Source of the DNA: a virus | Taxonomy: Duplodnaviria > Caudoviricetes | Reading direction: 5' to 3' (one strand) | IMG/VR virus record: IMGVR_UViG_3300032239_000632 | Coordinates: 1-59,258 of that record | DNA length: 59,258 nt | In this document: positions 30,168 to 39,261 of the stretch, one piece after another | Position numbering within the stretch: position 1 is the stretch's first letter | Layout of the letters: every line of letters begins with the position of its first letter | Translations under genes and position numbers: made by a program | The notes under the pieces: model-generated | The model's database searches: none | What the model was told of the DNA's origin: nothing | The model's input: the letters and a program-made list of their open reading frames with translations, nothing else

Positions 30168-30827
30168 GTAATACTTTTTGACATATTCCTCTAGTTTTCC
30201 CTTATAATCATCAGGATTTTTGATGAATACTTGAGCAACTCCCGTTTCACAGGCAATCATTACCACTATTTGTTCTACTTTCTTGCCTGTTATCTCTTCA
30301 AACATAATCGCATATGCGGTACATTGAAGAAAATAGTTTTCAATCCAATCTTCTTTTTTCTCTTTGGTAGATGTCTTATAATCTATAATTGATATCTTAC
30401 CATCATACTCTGCAATACAATCTACACGACCAGCAACCTTCAAATGATTACTAAACAATGGTTGTTCTATTGCATATACAGTATTAATCTTATCTGTTAT
30501 AATAGGTTTCAACTGCAAGAATAATTCTTTTATATGTGGTATTAAATTTGCCATATAAAACGAATCAACTTTACCATTCAACAAATCTTCACAAACAGTA
30601 TGCATTGCAGTACCACGTGAAGAGGCTTTTTGTGTTATCTTAGCCGCTTCTTTCTCTCCTACTCTATTACGCCATTCTTGTAATGCTTTTTTATTACCAA
30701 AATGTGATAACACAGTAGTGATAGATGCATACTTACCTTTAGGTGTTGCATAATATCTACCACTAGATAATGTTTCAGATTTTAATTCAAAATCTAATTC
30801 AGGCAACTTAACAAAATTGAAACTCAT
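30147..30827 (-). CDS. PD-(D/E)XK exonuclease (exonuclease A / Cas4-like fold)
   Basis: SITTVL, EWR.RVG, RGTAMH, AGRVDCI, IIDYKT, YFLQ..AY. Confidence 0.88.
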   Translation of the reverse strand: MSFNFVKLPELDFELKSETLSSGRYYATPKGKYASITTVLSHFGNKKALQEWRNRVGEKEAAKITQKASSRGTAMHTVCEDLLNGKVDSFYMANLIPHIKELFLQLKPIITDKINTVYAIEQPLFSNHLKVAGRVDCIAEYDGKISIIDYKTSTKEKKEDWIENYFLQCTAYAIMFEEITGKKVEQIVVMIACETGVAQVFIKNPDDYKGKLEEYVKKYYLTCNEV

Positions 30828-31147
30828 GTAACTCCAAGTCTCTTAGTAATTTTATCTACATGTTCTTTAACAATCCTATCAGTCCTTGTTTTCTGAATTG
30901 ATTTTCTACCATGTCGTTCACCTACTGCACTATTAGGATGTGCCTCAGCAACTTTAGATAATACCTCTTTGAACCCATCTGGAACTCTATTTGACTTCGA
31001 TACTGATACACCAGATACAATCATTGGTGCTGTGATGATTGTTTGAATATGAGGATTCAGTTTTAGATATTCTTCTCTTTCTGATATCTTCATAATTGTT
31101 TCAAACTCTTCACCCGTTTCAGTATCTAAAAAATTATATGTTGGCAT
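30824..31147 (-). CDS. FmdB-like small protein
   Basis: MPTYNF.D..TGEEFE, PDGFKEVLSKV...HP. Confidence 0.7.
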   Translation of the reverse strand: MPTYNFLDTETGEEFETIMKISEREEYLKLNPHIQTIITAPMIVSGVSVSKSNRVPDGFKEVLSKVAEAHPNSAVGERHGRKSIQKTRTDRIVKEHVDKITKRLGVT

Positions 31148-31685
31148 TAAACCACTCCGGTATGTTTCTATTTTTCCATTTTGCTAAATGCATCTTGTTC
31201 TTTATATAGTAATTGCGATATGAAGCAATAGAATCATGCTCAACTTTAATATCATCTGGCATTGCTGGTGTTGGTTCTGTAAATTTACCAATTGCTATAT
31301 TATTTGGTGATTTTTGTAAAGCATCAACTAAACCAGAACTTTCACATTTATGAACTTTACCATAACGATAGGTATATTCTTTACAACAAGTAACCAATAG
31401 TGAATGTAACCATAAATAGTTTTCTAGATTAGAACGACACCATATTGCTGAAGGATGATTGATATGAGTTGCCCGATAAAGCACATTATCACGATTATCA
31501 GGGAGTATATACGTGGTTCGTTGTCTGCCAGTTGCACCTCCCCTATCAATAGTAGAAACGCCATCAAGCACCCTATGAGCGGTAGAAAGTAATTGAGCAT
31601 ATTCAAGTATCATCTTTACGCAATGTTTATCATTATGCATCTCTGCACAAGTTTTTGGATCTTTATCTAGGTAAAATATATTCAC
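31134..31685 (-). CDS. Pyrimidine-dimer DNA glycosylase family protein
   Basis: MNIFYLD..P, DKHCVKMILEYAQLLSTAH, THINHPS, EYTYRYGKVH, SYRNYY. Confidence 0.85.
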   Translation of the reverse strand: MNIFYLDKDPKTCAEMHNDKHCVKMILEYAQLLSTAHRVLDGVSTIDRGGATGRQRTTYILPDNRDNVLYRATHINHPSAIWCRSNLENYLWLHSLLVTCCKEYTYRYGKVHKCESSGLVDALQKSPNNIAIGKFTEPTPAMPDDIKVEHDSIASYRNYYIKNKMHLAKWKNRNIPEWFNANI

Positions 31686-31948
31686 GATAATTTTTTCTTC
31701 ATAACATTATTTAATCCATCAAAATTATATCTTTTGTATGTGATTGTATTAGGTTGATCTAACACTGACATAACAATATCATCTTTAATCATATCAACTA
31801 CACTAAGATATGGCCAACGTGATTGAAATGGACACAAATCTTTCCATCGTTTGTTTACCATATAGTATTTGAATTCTTCTAAATCTTTTTGACTCTTAGC
31901 ATCAAATACACGCTTGCGCTCATTAATTTCAGTAATTTTATTATACAT
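31682..31948 (-). CDS. Hypothetical protein
   Basis: ORF in operon, WKDLCPF motif. Confidence 0.65.
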   Translation of the reverse strand: MYNKITEINERKRVFDAKSQKDLEEFKYYMVNKRWKDLCPFQSRWPYLSVVDMIKDDIVMSVLDQPNTITYKRYNFDGLNNVMKKKLS

Positions 31949-31964
31949 TTTTTGTTTCTATTAA

Positions 31965-31988
31965 ATGGGGAGACCGAAGTCTCCCATT
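31965..31988 (-). terminator. C(UUCG)G hairpin, probable terminator or processing site
   Basis: - strand ATGGGAGAC-TTCG-GTCTCCCCAT with a short U tail. Confidence 0.7.
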
Positions 31989-31995
31989 GTTAATG

Positions 31996-32325
31996 TTAGG
32001 CAACTTGTTCAGTTACCTGTTCGGTTACTTGTTCGGCAGTCAAATCGTTTAGTGATTCAACTGCAGGTTTAACACTTAGTAACCCAACTTTGGAAAGATA
32101 TTGTTTACATTCATCAATATTAGCCAATTGATAACTAGAAACTTTACGACCATCTTTCTCAACTTTAACAATACCGCCGCCATACTTTTTAATAGCATAG
32201 ATATAAGTAGACAAACGATACATTAAACGAGCTTCAAATTGAGCTCCAATTTCTTCTTTAGTAACTTTATTACCTGACAACATAATCAACATCAATTTTT
32301 CAAACGGTTTTGCTTTCTTACTCAT
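31996..32325 (-). CDS. Hypothetical early protein, possible winged helix
   Basis: Strong SD (AGGAG) and its own sigma70 promoter. Confidence 0.7.
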   Translation of the reverse strand: MSKKAKPFEKLMLIMLSGNKVTKEEIGAQFEARLMYRLSTYIYAIKKYGGGIVKVEKDGRKVSSYQLANIDECKQYLSKVGLLSVKPAVESLNDLTAEQVTEQVTEQVA

Positions 32326-32367
32326 AATAAACTCCTATTAAATTAAAAATAACTACACTGAACAATC

Positions 32368-32395
32368 ATTATACTACACCTGTGCCATATGTCAA
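32368..32395 (-). promoter_or_regulatory. Sigma70-type early promoter
   Basis: TTGACA-16 bp-TATAAT. Confidence 0.75.
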
Positions 32396-32398
32396 GCA

Positions 32399-32737
32399 TT
32401 ATCGCCTCATGTTTGCTTGATCTCGGGCATCTTCTTTACTGAAAATTGGTACCGCATTAGATTTATGTAAAGTACCAATACCCAACATTTTAGTACCAGT
32501 ATAATACTTATCTGCTGGTCTACTACAAGCGTCACCTGTAAAGGGTAAACTTTTAATTGTAGGTGTCTCTCTTCGAAACGGTTGGGGTTCTTTTAGAGAC
32601 AATGAAGATTTAATATTCTTTTTGCCTGAAAAATTAGATGAAATGCTTTTAACACTACTTAACCAATCTTGATATTGCGCCACAACCTGTTTAGGTTTGC
32701 GCTTTTTCTTAGACTTTTGACTCATGTATATAATCAT
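32399..32737 (-). CDS. Conserved T4-like hypothetical basic protein
   Basis: YTGT...GIGTLHKSNAVPIF...A.MRR. Confidence 0.75.
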   Translation of the reverse strand: MIIYMSQKSKKKRKPKQVVAQYQDWLSSVKSISSNFSGKKNIKSSLSLKEPQPFRRETPTIKSLPFTGDACSRPADKYYTGTKMLGIGTLHKSNAVPIFSKEDARDQANMRR

Positions 32738-32767
32738 AATGTATATCTCTCTATCATTTTAACTACT

Positions 32768-32796
32768 ATTATATCACAGATATTGCCTAATGTCAA
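32768..32796 (-). promoter_or_regulatory. Sigma70-type early promoter
   Basis: TTGACA-17 bp-TATAAT. Confidence 0.8.
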
Positions 32797-32827
32797 GCGT
32801 TAAAAATAACCTTTATAAAACAGTTAC

Positions 32828-32986
32828 TTATCCCTTAAGTAAAACTTGACTATTTCCTTGATTATTTTCAGATAATTGGCGTTTTAATCTGTCTAGTTCC
32901 ATTGAGATAGATTCAGTTTCTCGATGAGAATAGGTTAACTGTACCTGAAGTAATCTAATTTTTTCCTGTATCTCTTCAGTAGTCAT
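32828..32986 (-). CDS. Small coiled-coil protein (52 aa)
   Basis: Hand translation MTTEEIQEKIRLLQVQL...; SD AGGAG. Confidence 0.6.
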   Translation of the reverse strand: MTTEEIQEKIRLLQVQLTYSHRETESISMELDRLKRQLSENNQGNSQVLLKG

Positions 32987-33128
32987 TACTTCTCTCCTGT
33001 TTTAATAACCGATATGTGGTTTTGTCTTTATGTTTTTTTCTGAACTGTTTGAAAGTATCTTTACCATCTTCATGTTTACGCATTTTAGATTTGTTCAATT
33101 TCTCAAACTTCTTACTACCTGCAATCAT
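32976..33128 (-). CDS. Small basic protein (50 aa)
   Basis: Hand translation MIAGSKKFEKLNKSKMRKHE...; coupled to the galE stop. Confidence 0.55.
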   Translation of the reverse strand: MIAGSKKFEKLNKSKMRKHEDGKDTFKQFRKKHKDKTTYRLLKQERSNDY

Positions 33129-34093
33129 ATTACTTCCTTATTTTTAATATGCCACTCATATGCTGTTTTAATAATTGATTCAATATCATGTTTAGGGTTG
33201 AAAATCTTTTTACTTTTTGCCAATGAACTATCAGCAACAAGACTATCTGGATCACCAAAACGTCTTTTACCAAATGTATATTTAACATCAACATATTTTT
33301 TCAATGCATCAATAATTTCTAATACTGAATAGCCTTTCCCATTACCTAAATTTAATGTGAAAGATTCATTATCAATATATGATGCTGCAGTTACATGAGC
33401 ATCTGCTACATCTGATACATGAACATAATCTCTAACACAAGTACCATCTTTTGTTTTATAATCATTTCCATACACTACAAAACTATTTAGATTTTGTAAA
33501 ATGTTAGGTATCAAATGTGTTTCTGGGTTATGATTTTCACCCATTTCACCATCTGGATCCGCACCAGCAAGATTGAAGTATCTGAATATACCATACTTCA
33601 ATCCAGAATCTCTAATCATCTGCTCACAAGCCATTTTAGTATTACCATAAACTGAATTTTTATTAGTGAGTCCATGATCTTCTTTTATTGTATAATCATT
33701 CCATGGACTGATATAATTTGTTCTATATACCGCAGCAGTAGAACTGAATACAATTTTATTGATATTAAATGATTTCATACATTTTAATAACATGGCAGTA
33801 CCGGCAACATTATTATACCAAAACTCTGTTGGATGTTTCATTGATTCACCAACTTCAATTCTACCTGCAAGATGAAATACAGTATCAAATTTTCCTTCAA
33901 AATTATCAAATACTATAGATAACTGATCACGATTACATATGTCACCATAATAATAATCATAATTACTATAATCAAAACTTGGTTTTACTAAATCAAATAT
34001 AACTACTTCCCATCCTGCTTTATTAAGTGCTTTACTTAAATGACTACCGAGATACCCGGACCCACCTGTAATAAGCGCTCTTTTACTTTCCAT
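33125..34093 (-). CDS. galE: UDP-glucose 4-epimerase
   Basis: ITGGSGYLGSH, FSSTAAVY, YGNTK, RYFNLAGA, DGTCVRDYVHVSD. Confidence 0.92.
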   Translation of the reverse strand: MESKRALITGGSGYLGSHLSKALNKAGWEVVIFDLVKPSFDYSNYDYYYGDICNRDQLSIVFDNFEGKFDTVFHLAGRIEVGESMKHPTEFWYNNVAGTAMLLKCMKSFNINKIVFSSTAAVYRTNYISPWNDYTIKEDHGLTNKNSVYGNTKMACEQMIRDSGLKYGIFRYFNLAGADPDGEMGENHNPETHLIPNILQNLNSFVVYGNDYKTKDGTCVRDYVHVSDVADAHVTAASYIDNESFTLNLGNGKGYSVLEIIDALKKYVDVKYTFGKRRFGDPDSLVADSSLAKSKKIFNPKHDIESIIKTAYEWHIKNKEVI

Positions 34094-34782
34094 GGATACT
34101 CACCTTGATATTTTTCATGTTGTATACTGTTACCTTTATCAAAAAATTCTTGTGTTACTGAATTAGGATTACCATCTAATCTATAACTCATTGTATGTTC
34201 ATTATTACATTCATACTTTGGAAAATGTTGCTTGATTGCATTAAAAAACTTTCTATCTGCACCCCATTGCCCATACCATGCATGTCCTATTTTAACTGCA
34301 ACATCTCTACGAATAGCAAAACTAGATGTGTCAATATGATTTACTTTATCATCAAAATACACTGGCCATTTACCTAATGATTCACAGTTATCTTCACACA
34401 AATAGTTGCCTTCTTTATCATAGATTTTCCTTAGTGAATATGCCCAATCATTACCTTCTTCTAAAATTTTAACTAATGATTCAACATGATTAGGTTCAAA
34501 CCAATTATCTTCATCTAGATAACAGATAACATCTGCATTAACTAAAAAAGAACATGCCGCATAGACACGATGACCATACCAACCTTGCCCAACATTATCT
34601 TCCATTACTACAAATTTAGTTTTAGATGCACCTTCGCAAGTATCAAATACATTTCTTCTATGTGCATATCCATCTACAAAAATATAATGAACAATATCTG
34701 CATATGATTGATTTTCTATAGATGCAACACATTTGTTAAGATGTGTAGAACCAATTGTTGGAGTAACTATAGCAACTTTCAT
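34036..34782 (-). CDS. Glycosyltransferase, GT2/GT-A fold
   Basis: VAIVTPT, IFVDG, YLDEDN. Confidence 0.85.
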   Translation of the reverse strand: MKVAIVTPTIGSTHLNKCVASIENQSYADIVHYIFVDGYAHRRNVFDTCEGASKTKFVVMEDNVGQGWYGHRVYAACSFLVNADVICYLDEDNWFEPNHVESLVKILEEGNDWAYSLRKIYDKEGNYLCEDNCESLGKWPVYFDDKVNHIDTSSFAIRRDVAVKIGHAWYGQWGADRKFFNAIKQHFPKYECNNEHTMSYRLDGNPNSVTQEFFDKGNSIQHEKYQGEYPWKVKERLLQVGPGISVVI

Positions 34783-35543
34783 TTTCTCTCAATATCCTCT
34801 TCAATACATTTGTCACCATATTGTATTTCAATAATCTTACATGGTTCATCAAATGGGTTTGTTAATTGATGCCATCCATTAATTGGAATCTTCATATTGC
34901 TATGTTTATATAAAGTTTGTGATGGTAACATATAACCTTGTTCTAACATTGAATTAATAACTGCACAACCTTCTGCAACATGCCAATACTCGGCACGATG
35001 TTTATGTCTCTGTATTGATAAACTAGATTTAGGATTAATAGTAAGTTCCTTCACTTTAGTTCCATCAACTTCATACAATACACGATAGTAACCCCATGGT
35101 CGTTGTGTCTTTGATTGTTCCCAATCTTGTAATATAACACTTGATGAATTCTTTTTATAATTACCACCAACACCAAATTCAAAAATAATACCTTCAATAT
35201 TCATCTCTGGTATATTTTTTTCTGTTCTATCACCACCATTTGCAAAAATAATAACATCATCAGGATATTTAATCCTTGCTTTTCTTAATAGATCACATGC
35301 AGTATTATCATTATCATTAAATATAATTACTTCATCAACCATTTTCATATTACTTACAATTGCATGGCGTTCATCATAAAGTAAAAATGATTTACCTTTC
35401 TTTCGTTCTAACCATGCATCGGAATTAATACCTACAATTAAATGATCACCTAATTCTTTTGCTTCACTAAACATAGAAATATGACCACTATGAATAGGAT
35501 CAAATCCACCAGAAACAATAACAATAACTCTCTGCATAATCAA
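34779..35543 (-). CDS. Cytidylyltransferase-like plus cupin (mannose-6-phosphate isomerase type II-like) fusion
   Basis: SGGFDPIHSGH, FANGGDR, KKNSSS; RPWGYY, SLSIQRHKHRAEYW, IIEIQYG..EEDIER. Confidence 0.88.
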   Translation of the reverse strand: MIMQRVIVIVSGGFDPIHSGHISMFSEAKELGDHLIVGINSDAWLERKKGKSFLLYDERHAIVSNMKMVDEVIIFNDNDNTACDLLRKARIKYPDDVIIFANGGDRTEKNIPEMNIEGIIFEFGVGGNYKKNSSSVILQDWEQSKTQRPWGYYRVLYEVDGTKVKELTINPKSSLSIQRHKHRAEYWHVAEGCAVINSMLEQGYMLPSQTLYKHSNMKIPINGWHQLTNPFDEPCKIIEIQYGDKCIEEDIERK

Positions 35544-35971
35544 TCCTGAATGTTTATATTTGGGTATGCTTCTTTAATTAGTTTTGCGGTTAAGAAAGGA
35601 ACTTTTAAATCTTTCTTAAATAGATTAACAAGTAATTCAGCTTCATCTTTATGTAAAGTTTCTAATACCTGCATCAATAAATTACTTTGTTTTTTGCCTA
35701 CAAGTCTAGGTGCTCGTTGCGGGTGACCTTTAATAAACCGATATAGTTTTCTTACTTCATTTTGTAGATACATGTAATTTAGACCTGCTGGATCCTTTGA
35801 TGGTCTATAATCAGGAATCTCCACATCAAATTCAATATCTTTTATAAATGCTAAAACTAAGAACTCACGGAATCTTTCACTATCATTCTTCCGTAATACA
35901 TCTAATCTTTCTGCTTTTGTAGATACTAATTTAAAATCATCTAGAATCTCAGAAAATAATTTAGAATTCAT
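35540..35971 (-). CDS. Conserved T4-like hypothetical protein
   Basis: LFSEIL, LFMQ-like LLMQVLETLHKDEAELL; next to rnh. Confidence 0.7.
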   Translation of the reverse strand: MNSKLFSEILDDFKLVSTKAERLDVLRKNDSERFREFLVLAFIKDIEFDVEIPDYRPSKDPAGLNYMYLQNEVRKLYRFIKGHPQRAPRLVGKKQSNLLMQVLETLHKDEAELLVNLFKKDLKVPFLTAKLIKEAYPNINIQD

Positions 35972-36803
35972 CGAGTACCTCAATTAAATTTACCAATCTG
36001 TTCGCAATCATATAATTCATAAACTGCTGTTTGGTTGCTGGTTTAACTTCTTCATATCTACTTATAATAGTTTTTACAAGAGATTGTGGAATCTCTGATA
36101 AATCAATCAATTGTTTATTACGTGCCCAATTACGTTTTAACTCATCGTTACCGTGAAGTGGAATAATCATACTCATCATCTCATTCAATTTAACTTTGGT
36201 AATTGATTTCTGACGAATACCATCTACAATAAAATTATCACCAGATAAGATATTAGGTACACCGTCACCTTTATCACCATTAATAATTAATTCTTTCAAT
36301 TGATCAGCCGCATTATCAGTCTTAATAAATTTCTTCATTGATGGTGAATACTGTTGAACATTAGGATTAATCTGTAACTGAACAAAATCTTTATCAGATG
36401 ATAGAATAATTACCTTTTCTTTTTCAGAATACTGTTGAACCAATACACCAATGATATCGTCGGCTTCTGCACCTTCAATATCAATAACTTTGTATGGTGA
36501 AAATTCTTTTAATTCAGACCGAACTTTATTCATACATTCAAATATTGATGCCCAATCGTGACCAGAACTATCTCTATTTTTCTTTCTGTTACCTTTATAG
36601 AATGGAAATACATCACGGCGCCAATACTTTTTACTATCACATGCAATAATTACTTCACCATAGTCTCTGAATTTTTTAATATTACTTCTAATACTATTTA
36701 AAATCATATGGCGAACAAGTGATTCTTCAACGGGTTTCTTTGAAGATCCAATTTGTTCCATCAGATTAGAAATTACAATCTGGTTAAAGTCAAATAAAAT
36801 CAT
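35961..36803 (-). CDS. rnh: T4-type RNase H (5'-3' exonuclease)
   Basis: MILFDFNQ, YWRR..FPFYK.NR, EADDIIG, SSDKDF.QL, GDKGDGVPN. Confidence 0.95.
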   Translation of the reverse strand: MILFDFNQIVISNLMEQIGSSKKPVEESLVRHMILNSIRSNIKKFRDYGEVIIACDSKKYWRRDVFPFYKGNRKKNRDSSGHDWASIFECMNKVRSELKEFSPYKVIDIEGAEADDIIGVLVQQYSEKEKVIILSSDKDFVQLQINPNVQQYSPSMKKFIKTDNAADQLKELIINGDKGDGVPNILSGDNFIVDGIRQKSITKVKLNEMMSMIIPLHGNDELKRNWARNKQLIDLSEIPQSLVKTIISRYEEVKPATKQQFMNYMIANRLVNLIEVLDEF

Positions 36804-36813
36804 TTTAATATCC

Positions 36814-37893
36814 TTAATTAATTTTCAGTAATATTGTATCAGAATTTAAACGACCTGTCAAGCTTTTTTCTTTTGCTTTAATGGTACTCATTACATTTCG
36901 CAAGAATACTTTACCACCTTTAAGGATATCTGGTAATATTGTTTCTGGTTTACGCAATGTCTTACAAATTGAATTTCGGTCACTAAAGTTAATAATACTA
37001 CTACCTTTCACAGATAAGCCACTAGAATCATCTGCGTTATACACACCGATCTTTTTAGTCTTAGTATTAAATACCCATAACTGATTAGCACCTATAATCT
37101 CTTTAGCCGATATAGATTTAATCTTATATGTATCATCTTCAATACACACATTAACCTTTGATACCAATTGTTCAGGACTCTTAGCCTTGCGCTTGCGAGG
37201 TTTACGATTTAGTTTAGCAGTACCAGTGATCTTTAAGGCATCACTAATAATTAAATCATGATAGGCAATAATTTTCTTAATTTCTGCTTTAGAATATTTC
37301 GCATAGCCTTCTACTAATTGCTCATCAGTGCCATCTAATACTTGTAAAAATTCTTCTCTATCATACTTAAAAATGGCAATGATTCTACTTGCATGAACTG
37401 ATTTAATAGTATCTTGCATAACACTTAATGGTGATGGTACTTTCTTAAACCCACCTAAAATATATTCATCTAGTGATGAATCTAGTAAACCAGCAACTTC
37501 TAAAGTCTTTTCGTTTATACGATCTTGAATTGATATAACATTGGTTACAGGTTTATCAATTACTTCTACCACTTCAGGTTTAACTTTATCTAGGAATTGC
37601 TTAAATCTAATTTCATGTTTTTCAGATAACACTGCACCACGTAATTTCATACGGCATAGAAAACCGAATGTAGATACTATTTTATTCAACCCATCAGTAT
37701 TATATTTAATTTTATTTTTCTTAAGATAATCTTCAGTATACTTTGATGCCGATTTACCATCTTTATTTTGTGAATACCAAGTAAGTGTGTGTCCAACTTG
37801 TTCTTCAGTTAGAACATCACTGGTAGTAAACTTGGGTTCACCACCACTCATTGCATCTTGAATTTCGGTTATTGATTTGCGAACTTTAGCCAT
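36814..37893 (-). CDS. Conserved T4-like hypothetical protein
   Basis: IIGANQLWVFNTK, GLSVKGSSI, KTLRKP, GRLN. Confidence 0.75.
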   Translation of the reverse strand: MAKVRKSITEIQDAMSGGEPKFTTSDVLTEEQVGHTLTWYSQNKDGKSASKYTEDYLKKNKIKYNTDGLNKIVSTFGFLCRMKLRGAVLSEKHEIRFKQFLDKVKPEVVEVIDKPVTNVISIQDRINEKTLEVAGLLDSSLDEYILGGFKKVPSPLSVMQDTIKSVHASRIIAIFKYDREEFLQVLDGTDEQLVEGYAKYSKAEIKKIIAYHDLIISDALKITGTAKLNRKPRKRKAKSPEQLVSKVNVCIEDDTYKIKSISAKEIIGANQLWVFNTKTKKIGVYNADDSSGLSVKGSSIINFSDRNSICKTLRKPETILPDILKGGKVFLRNVMSTIKAKEKSLTGRLNSDTILLKIN

Positions 37894-38167
37894 CAGTCAA
37901 TTCCTTAAATGTATAATTTTGATAATCGCTAATAAACATGATACCATCATCCGTTTCAGTATACGATTTACTTAAATGCTGTGCAAAGTATAATGCATTT
38001 AATTCTTTTTCAAAAGGATAAGATAAATCAAATGCTTCTTTAATCGCAGATTTATTTGGTTCATATTTTATTGTATCATCATTAAAGGCACCGAAAAAGT
38101 TTTCATATAAATCGGAGTAAGCAACACGGTACCCATCTATTGTTTTTAATATATAAATTCCAGTCAT
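37886..38167 (-). CDS. Hypothetical protein
   Basis: GIYILKT..YRVAY; likely start 38167. Confidence 0.6.
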   Translation of the reverse strand: MTGIYILKTIDGYRVAYSDLYENFFGAFNDDTIKYEPNKSAIKEAFDLSYPFEKELNALYFAQHLSKSYTETDDGIMFISDYQNYTFKELTDG

Positions 38168-38168
38168 G

Positions 38169-38585
38169 TTATAAGACAACCTCAAATGGTTTGTTCCAAC
38201 GTCCAACATTTAAGTGGACATAGTATGCGGTATTGAAATAATCTGTCTGAGCATCAGAATTATCATAGTAATCTGCACTATACAAACAACTTACAATCTT
38301 TTCCATAATCTCAAGTGCCTTACCAGAATAATGATTTTTATAGTGGTATGTATTTACTTGTGCATATCCAGATTCATTAGGTTGAAAGCCACGAACAACT
38401 TGGTAAGAATCTTTCTGGCAGGTTTCATTACTGTTAGCAATAAAATCTATAGGTGCCGATTTAATGGTGCAAACAATTGCCAAATGATTTGACACTGATA
38501 AACTGTATTTGACACCAGTTCCTTTTAGTGCTTTTTTCAAATTCTCGGCAATCTTTGCTTTTTTCTCTTGATTCATATAAGCCAT
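38169..38585 (-). CDS. Hypothetical early protein
   Basis: MAYMNQEKK, YDNSDAQTDYF..AYY..LNVGRWNKP; SD and promoter. Confidence 0.75.
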   Translation of the reverse strand: MAYMNQEKKAKIAENLKKALKGTGVKYSLSVSNHLAIVCTIKSAPIDFIANSNETCQKDSYQVVRGFQPNESGYAQVNTYHYKNHYSGKALEIMEKIVSCLYSADYYDNSDAQTDYFNTAYYVHLNVGRWNKPFEVVL

Positions 38586-38618
38586 TATTTACTACTCCTT
38601 ATCAACTAATCAGACTCT

Positions 38619-38646
38619 ATTATACTATAATTGGTACGAATGTCAA
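38619..38646 (-). promoter_or_regulatory. Sigma70-type early promoter with upstream conserved box
   Basis: TTGACA-16 bp-TATAAT; a second TTGACA at 38759-38764. Confidence 0.75.
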
Positions 38647-38742
38647 GCGTTTTGTAATTCATTGATTTATAAAGGTTTTTTCTATTATGTAACTTATTGA
38701 TTTTATTGATCATTTGTTTACTCATTTCAGTATCTATAATAC

Positions 38743-38750
38743 TATAAATA
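38743..38750 (+). promoter_or_regulatory. T4 late promoter TATAAATA for the + strand island
   Basis: Exact consensus about 33 nt before ATG 38783. Confidence 0.7.
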
Positions 38751-38782
38751 GGTATAAATGTCAAGCACTTTATGGGGTTAAA

Positions 38783-39061
38783 ATGGACTTTTTCAAACTT
38801 GTAGCAGAATTAGGATTTCCAATTGCCGCAGCGATGGCTGGTGGATACTTCATTTTCTTAACTTTAAAATTTATATTGGCAGGTGTCATGAGTTCCATTA
38901 AAGGGTTAACTGGAATTATTGGTGCACTAGATAATAGAGTAAAGACAATGAATCATGACGTTATACGTATTGATACAATTGTTTCAAATGCTTTAGGATT
39001 AAAACCTGATACAAACCGAATTGCACGAGCAGACGGTAAAAATGATGCTAGGAGAGATTGA
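38783..39061 (+). CDS. Small membrane protein (paralog A)
   Basis: MDFFKLVAELGFPIAAA transmembrane helix plus coiled coil LDNRVKTMNHDVIRID. Confidence 0.75.
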   Translation: MDFFKLVAELGFPIAAAMAGGYFIFLTLKFILAGVMSSIKGLTGIIGALDNRVKTMNHDVIRIDTIVSNALGLKPDTNRIARADGKNDARRD

Positions 39062-39243
39062 TGATATTTGTTGATTACATTTTTGATTTAGGACCTGATG
39101 GTTCAATATTCATGGATAAAGAATTAAAGGCAGCGATGATAGATGTTAAAGAGGGTGATATTTTTGTTGCTCAGGTAGTTAATGATCAAGTATTTTTTAG
39201 AAAAACAAAAAGGACATTGTGTGAATGTCCACCAAAAGAATAG
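39058..39243 (+). CDS. Small hypothetical protein, possibly AbrB-like
   Basis: 61-aa ORF coupled to the upstream stop. Confidence 0.55.
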   Translation: MMIFVDYIFDLGPDGSIFMDKELKAAMIDVKEGDIFVAQVVNDQVFFRKTKRTLCECPPKE

Positions 39244-39261
39244 AAATAACAGGAGAAATTT

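Noticed and set aside
30147-30827. Cas4-like nuclease as a sign of CRISPR-Cas
   Set aside because: No four-Cys Fe-S motif, no other cas genes and no array; a common T4-like exonuclease
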